Origin: Macrostomum lignano | Lineage: Eukaryota | DNA: 64,000 bases | NCBI GenBank assembly: GCA_002269645.1 | Contig: NIVC01000152.1 | Coordinates: forward strand, 310,001 to 374,000 | Direction: 5' to 3' | In this document: in pieces, positions 58,630 to 64,000 of the stretch | Layout of the letters: each line of letters begins with the position of its first letter | Numbering within the stretch: position 1 is the stretch's first letter | The notes under the pieces: generated by a model | Database searches by the model: none | What the model saw: the letters and a program-made list of their open reading frames with translations, nothing else | What the model was told of the DNA's origin: nothing | Translations under genes and position numbers: made by a program

Positions 58630-59200
58630 TGAGAGGTGAGATGTGAGGTTAAGAGGGAAGAGGGGGTGAGAGGGAAGAGGGGGTGAGAGGGAAGTGGGGT
58701 GAGAGGGAAGAGGGGAAGTGGGGGTGAGAGGGAAGTGGGGTGAGAGGGAAGAGGGGGTGAGAGGGAAGTGGGGGTGAGAGGGAAGAGGGGAAGTGGGGGT
58801 GAGAGGGAAGTGGGGGTGAGAGGGAAGAGGGGTGAGAGGGAAGTGGGGGTGAGAGGGAAGAGGGGAAGTGGGGGTGAGAGGGAAGAGGGGAACTGAGGGT
58901 GAGAGGGAAGAGGGGAAGTGGGGTGAGAGGGAAGAGGGGAAGTGGGGTGAGAGGGAAGAGGGGAAGTGGGGTGAGAGGGAAGAGGGGAAGTGGGGTGAGA
59001 GGGAAGAGGGGAAGTGGGGTGAGAGGGAAGAGGGGAAGTGGGGTGAGAGGGAAGAGGGGAAGTGGGGTGAGAGGGAAGAGGGGAACTGAGGGTGAGAGGG
59101 AAGAGGGGAACTGAGGGTGAGAGGGAAGAGGGGAAGTGGGGGTGAGAGGGAAGTGAGGGTGAGAGGGAATAGAGGGAAAAGAGAAGAGAGAAGAGGAGAA
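58630..59200. repeat. Purine-rich ~24-bp minisatellite (GAGAGGGAAGAGGGGAAGTGGGGT)
   Basis: Direct inspection. Confidence 0.95.
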
Positions 59201-59937
59201 GAGAGGGTGAGAGTGAGAGCGGTAGTAGAGTGATGAGGAAGGGAGAACTGGTGGGCAGAAGGTGGAACAATGGGCACAGATATAGATGTCAAAGTTTGAG
59301 ATACTGAGACTAGGATTGATAATAAGGTGTAAATATTAACTAAAATTGAAATTTTAATCGGAAAGTAATAGGCGCAGCCCATCGTTTTCTTAAATTGGTT
59401 AGTGATTCATCTTACAGCTTGAATTTATTTTTAATTACCCAGCCAAATGAAGGAGTCGCCGTGGTGGAATGAGCCGACCTACCCGAGCTTATTCAGCTTT
59501 CTTGAGTTTCTCACGATTCACAACAGTGCGCCCAGAGCTCTCCGGATATTGCGGGGGCCTCACGTGTGGGGGTACCTGCGTGCCCTGGGCTGCTCACTCT
59601 CACTCTCTCTCTCTCTCTCTCTTGCATTGCCGGCTAACTTATCCAGCTTAACACCTTGGATTGATTTCTTTTACCCGCATTAGCCTGCGTCGATCAATTA
59701 CGAGCGCGTACGAGTAAGGCAGTTTAGAAATTGGAAAGACTTGGGGCCAAAGATTGCTTGACTTCTCACCCAGTGACCGGCTGGGTTTTTTAGATGGGAA
59801 AATTTGGACTCTAGCTTTTTGAAAAGGGGATAATAGGTCCTCTGGGAAGGCTGAATGAGGGTGGAAGCAGTCTGGATAATGTCTACTGGTTGCTATGCTG
59901 CACGGCAACTGAGGTTCTACCGTATAGATACGGAATA

Positions 59938-61480
59938 ATGGATCGCCTCTATTCGCCTTGCAGATCGAGACAAATCCGATTAAGAATGGGCGCATCAGTG
60001 AGCCTCGGAGACCTGGAGCGGGACTGCTCCAACCTGTCAGCTGCCGCTCCATCCCAATACACCGGTCTGGTCCGTTTCCAGGCTTGGTACGCCCCCGTCC
60101 ACGGCTACCTCTGCGTTCTGCTCTGCGTCTTCGGAGTCGTGGCCAACCTGGCTAACATTGTCGTGCTCACCAGGAAGAGCATGGCCTCGTCAGTCAATAC
60201 CATCCTGATTGCTGTGGCTGTGGCTGACCTGCTAACCATGCTGCTTTATTTCTTCCAGGTGAGTGTGTCCCTTCTGCTCATCATTCTGCTATTTTTCATC
60301 CAGAGAGTGCACGACTCTGTGTCCTTTCTTTTCATAATTCTGCTTTACTTCGTCCAGAGAGTGTGTGACTGTCCTTCTCATCATTCTGCTTTGCTTCGTC
60401 CAGAGACTGCGGACTGTGTCCCTTCTGCTCATCATTCTGCTTTACTTCGTGCAGAGAATGCGTGACTCTGTCCCTTCTGCTCACCATGCTGCTTTACTTC
60501 GTCCATGTCTTTTCCGTCTCATGATCTTGCTTTTTTATTGCCTTTAAAAGAAAGCCGGAACAAATTGACAGGGTGTTTCACTTTGCCTACGACAGGTTCT
60601 GCACTTCATCATCCTGTCGCCGCAGGACGCTCTGAAGCAGCCTCACACCCACGTTTACCCGTGGATTGTGTACTCTCTGTTCACCATCAGCCTGGTGCTG
60701 GTGCTGCACACCGTGGCCTGCTGGCTGACGGTGGCCCTGGCCGTGTTTCGCTATCTGTACATCGCGTTGCCGAGCCGCGGTGCCCAGCTGGCCAGTAAGC
60801 GCAACGCCTACATCAGCATCGCCGCCACCTACGGATTGTTCTGCCTGACCAACGTGCCCAACTATCTGATGAACTCGGTCAGGGCTTGCCAGAGCTTTGT
60901 CACTAATCGCACGGTGTACTTTGTAGCAACTCCAGATGGCTTTAGCGAGCTGCTGATGCGCTCCAACTACTGGACCATCGCCATCCTGTACAAGATCGTG
61001 CCCTGCCTGCTGCTCTCCGTGATGACCATCCTTCTCATCGTGGAGATGTCCAAGGCAGCCAGGCGGCGCAAGAAGCTGCTAAACAGTGGCAAATCGTCCA
61101 AGCGGGAGCAGAAGAAGGACAGCAGAGAGCAGCGAACAACAATGATGCTGTTGGCTATAGTGATTATCTTCATAATTACAGAGCTGCCGCAAGGCATCAT
61201 GTCGCTGCTGTGCTTCGTCAGCGACCAATTTAGCAGCAATGTGTACGCGCCAATGGGCGACCTGCTGGACCTGCTCTCTCTGATTAACAACAGCGTGAAT
61301 TTCGTGCTTTACACTACCATGTCTAAGCAGTTCCGCGACACCTTCTCGGACATCTTTCTGTCCTGGCTGCCAAGGAGAGAGGCCGGGAACGCCGCGGCGG
61401 AGGTTGCTGACAGAGACGGCGTCAACCAAGGCGCCGAGGCTCAGGAGCTCAACAGGCGTGGCGGTGAAGAGATCAGCTAG
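59938..61480 (+). CDS. Rhodopsin-family neuropeptide GPCR, myosuppressin/FMRFamide/sex-peptide-receptor-like (Srw-type); exons 59938-60258 and 60596-61480
   Basis: Seven hydrophobic segments: HGYLCVLLCVFGVVANLANIVVL, AVADLLTM, WLTVALAVFRY, LYKIVPCLLL, TTMMLLAIV..F.ITELPQG, LLSLINNSVNFVLY. The intron is phase 0, GT-AG. The start is either ATG 59938 or 59986 (401 or 385 aa). Confidence 0.9.
60229..60510 (+). repeat. ~54-bp degenerate tandem copies of the GPCR exon-1 end plus intron start
   Basis: The exon end CTGCTAACCATGCTGCTTTATTTCTTCCAG recurs 5 times inside the intron, e.g. CTGCTCACCATGCTGCTTTACTTCGTCCA. Confidence 0.85.
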
Positions 61481-62574
61481 CAAGTGGGTTGAAGCGGAGA
61501 TGCAAAAATGAAGATAGTAGACAACCGTAGCACAACAGATTTGACCACTGACCAACCAAGGACGCTTGCTTAGTAGTCTTTGATAGCACATTTTTATTCT
61601 GCATGCTTGCACACGTCTATCGACTTTGAACTTCCCTCTTTCCCAAAAGATTCTTAAGCTAGAACGCGCTTCTATACACTCAAGCCAGATCGTTTAGCGC
61701 AGTGGTGATGACACACTGGTATGAATCCAGTGATCTCTTAAAAACATTGTACCATGACCTTTTTGTACCATGCCCGCTAATGTCGTTAACCGCCCGAAAT
61801 GTTCTTTTGACCATAGGTCACTGTTGCTCCTATTTCTTGCTTTCTAGGCTGCTTTTGACTCTTCGCCCATACTCTCGCCCTTGCTATGAAAGTGTAGCTA
61901 AGACAAAAATTTCTATAGTATAGTATCATTGATACCCATGCTTTATAGGCACCCTGTATACCTTTTCGCAATTCGAATTCGGCCAAACTGCGAAACTTCT
62001 CGTCCACTAATGCTGTATTTATGGTAGCTAAATTCAGATCATGCCACAGACAGCTGCTACAGTTTGAAAAACAGTTTGTCCCAACCAGAATTGATTCAAC
62101 TACAGAGCAACTTTATTTGATAGAAGAAAACTTGTCAACAACAAAGTTAGAACGTCAACGCAGCTGAACGAATTCAATTTGCAAAAACGGAATATTACTT
62201 ATGCGACCAAGCCATCGCCAGCACGATTCAATTTTAATAATTAACTTTTTTACCAACATAGTTTTTAAAGCGTCATTTGTTGAAAGCAACGGTTGAGCCC
62301 ATCCCCTCTTGCTGCCGTGAGCGCTAAGAGGATTAGCCCAACTTAGCAATTCTTGTCGGATTAGCGACAGGTTTTCACGCAGGACGGATTCTGAAATTTA
62401 AGAGTAGATTAACCAGCTGCTAAGACGACGGATAGCAGTTGTGCTAATCCTTTATGAAAATCCCTAGGGAATCCCATGCTTTCTCTGAGTAACATGGTTG
62501 CAAAATCTGTTCAGAATTTCGCTTTTGTCACGGCTTTGTTTTAGAATAAGAAACTCTGCCTTGCAGTGCAGGCA

Positions 62575-62845
62575 GTCGAAGCGCCACGCCACGGAAGAGG
62601 CAGTGGAAGCGCCACGCCATGGAAGAGGCAGTGGAGGCGCCATAGAAAAGGCAGTGGAGGCGCCACGGAAGAGGCAGTGAAGGCGCCACAGAAAAGGCAG
62701 TGGAGGCGCAACGGAAGAGGCAGTGAAGGCGCCACAGAAAAGGCAGTGGAGGCGCCACGGAAGAGGCAGTGGAGGCGCCACAGAAAAGGCAGTGGAGGCG
62801 CCACAGAAGAGGCAGTGGAGGCGCCACGGAAGAGGCAGCGAAGGC
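62575..62845. repeat. ~20-bp minisatellite (GAAGAGGCAGTGGAGGCGCCAC)
   Basis: About 13 units. Confidence 0.93.
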
Positions 62846-63189
62846 GCCTCTGGTAGTGGAGTCGGTACAGGAGGTGCCTCTGGAGCGATGGAAATCTTGG
62901 GAAGCAGTCGGTACCCGAGTCGCAAGAAATGTACTTTAGGCACCAAAAAAGCTGAGCTGAGTGCTTTTAACTGCGCCCGCTGAATTTGATGCCAGATCAG
63001 CAAACACAAGTCCTACAACTAAAGCAAGCGGTAGACATCAAAGGCTGGTTAGAAACTTTATCTTGAACCGTCCAGTCTGCCGAAATACCAGTGTGCTATG
63101 ATTTTATCCTTTACAGTGATCGCCACTGCGTTAGAACTAAGGAATATTCCAGTAAATTTAATGGCTGTCAACTGGCTAAACTAACAGGA

Positions 63190-63530
63190 ATCTGGCCGGG
63201 TTCACAGGAACTTTATCGAGGTCACAGGAATCTCACTGGGTTCAGAGGAATCTTATCAAGGTCACAGGAATCTCACTGGGTTCACAGGAATCTTATCAAG
63301 GTCACAGGAATCTCACTGGGTTCACAGGAATCTTATAAAGGGTCACAGGAATCTTATCAAGGTCACAGGAATCTTATTAAGGGTCACAGGAATCTCACTG
63401 GGTTCACAGGAATCTTATCAAGGTCACAGGAATCTCACTGGGTTCACAGAAATCTTATCAAGGGTCACAGGAATCTCACTGGGTTCACAGGAATCTTATC
63501 AAGGTCACAGGAATCTAGTCGTGTTCAGGG
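63190..63530. repeat. 20-bp minisatellite with TCACAGGAATC core
   Basis: TCACAGGAATCTCACTGGGT alternates with TCACAGGAATCTTATCAAGG. Confidence 0.93.
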
Positions 63531-64000
63531 GAATTTCATTGAGATCACAGGAAAATTGTACTCGTAGAATTCACAGGAACCTAGCAGAGGTCACAGGAGA
63601 CCAAATTCATATCTTCGAGCTCACATGAAGCTCACCGAGATCAATGGGTTCTGTGTTCCTTGATTCACACGGGTCTCGACACGAAAACAAGCACCTGAAA
63701 GGTTCGCACAGATATAGACTAACATACACCATTTATACTCAAGGTATAATAACTAACATCAGGTATCTCAGGCATAGACGACAGGTAACTGAGTACCAGC
63801 AGACTGTTAATGCTCAAAACAGAAGAAATAGCTACTCATTGTGGGAGATGAGTAGCTATTTCTCATGTCATTGTGAAATTGTCATTGTGTCATTGTGGGA
63901 GACATCCCACGAGAAACAAAAGAAAGAAGTAGATTTCTAACTGAAGCTGAAAAGCTAAAAGTCTAAAAAGCAGCTCATTCAGACCCTGTGGAGAAAAAGT

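Overview
This is eukaryotic, intron-rich animal DNA with no prokaryotic features. The organism is probably a free-living flatworm such as Macrostomum, inferred only from minisatellite-packed introns and polyQ/polyA-rich genes. Three spliced protein-coding genes can be rebuilt by hand, all on the + strand: (1) TMEM115, 5'-partial, exons <2-657, 4391-4692 and 5794-6020; (2) a full-architecture tensin (PTP/C2 ... SH2-PTB) of about 19 phase-consistent exons, 25011-46238, about 1370 codons, with a possible alternative first exon at 16557; (3) a two-exon myosuppressin/FMRFamide-type peptide GPCR, 59938-61480. About 30% of the window (roughly 20 kb, manual tally) is micro/minisatellite, and nearly all long ORFs in the supplied track are artefacts of these arrays. 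Mobile DNA comprises a decayed LOA-like LINE (RT + RNase H) in the last tensin intron, an RTE 3' fragment, two tRNA-derived SINE families, a foldback/MITE-like inverted repeat and a hAT-like end. The most unusual observations: (a) three introns contain tandem arrays built from their own splice junction (14 copies of an acceptor, 15 copies of a donor, 5 degenerate copies of an exon end), where only one site gives a productive mRNA; (b) a sharply bounded CpG-depleted, AT-rich domain (1 to about 4340) inside TMEM115 that holds a CpG-deaminated fossil minisatellite and a hypermutated coiled-coil/BEN-like gene relic; (c) a tensin catalytic loop YCQGELGR; (d) an interstitial telomere-like tract mixing TTAGGG and TTAGGC. 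All gene models and family names come from manual motif recognition, not database searches.
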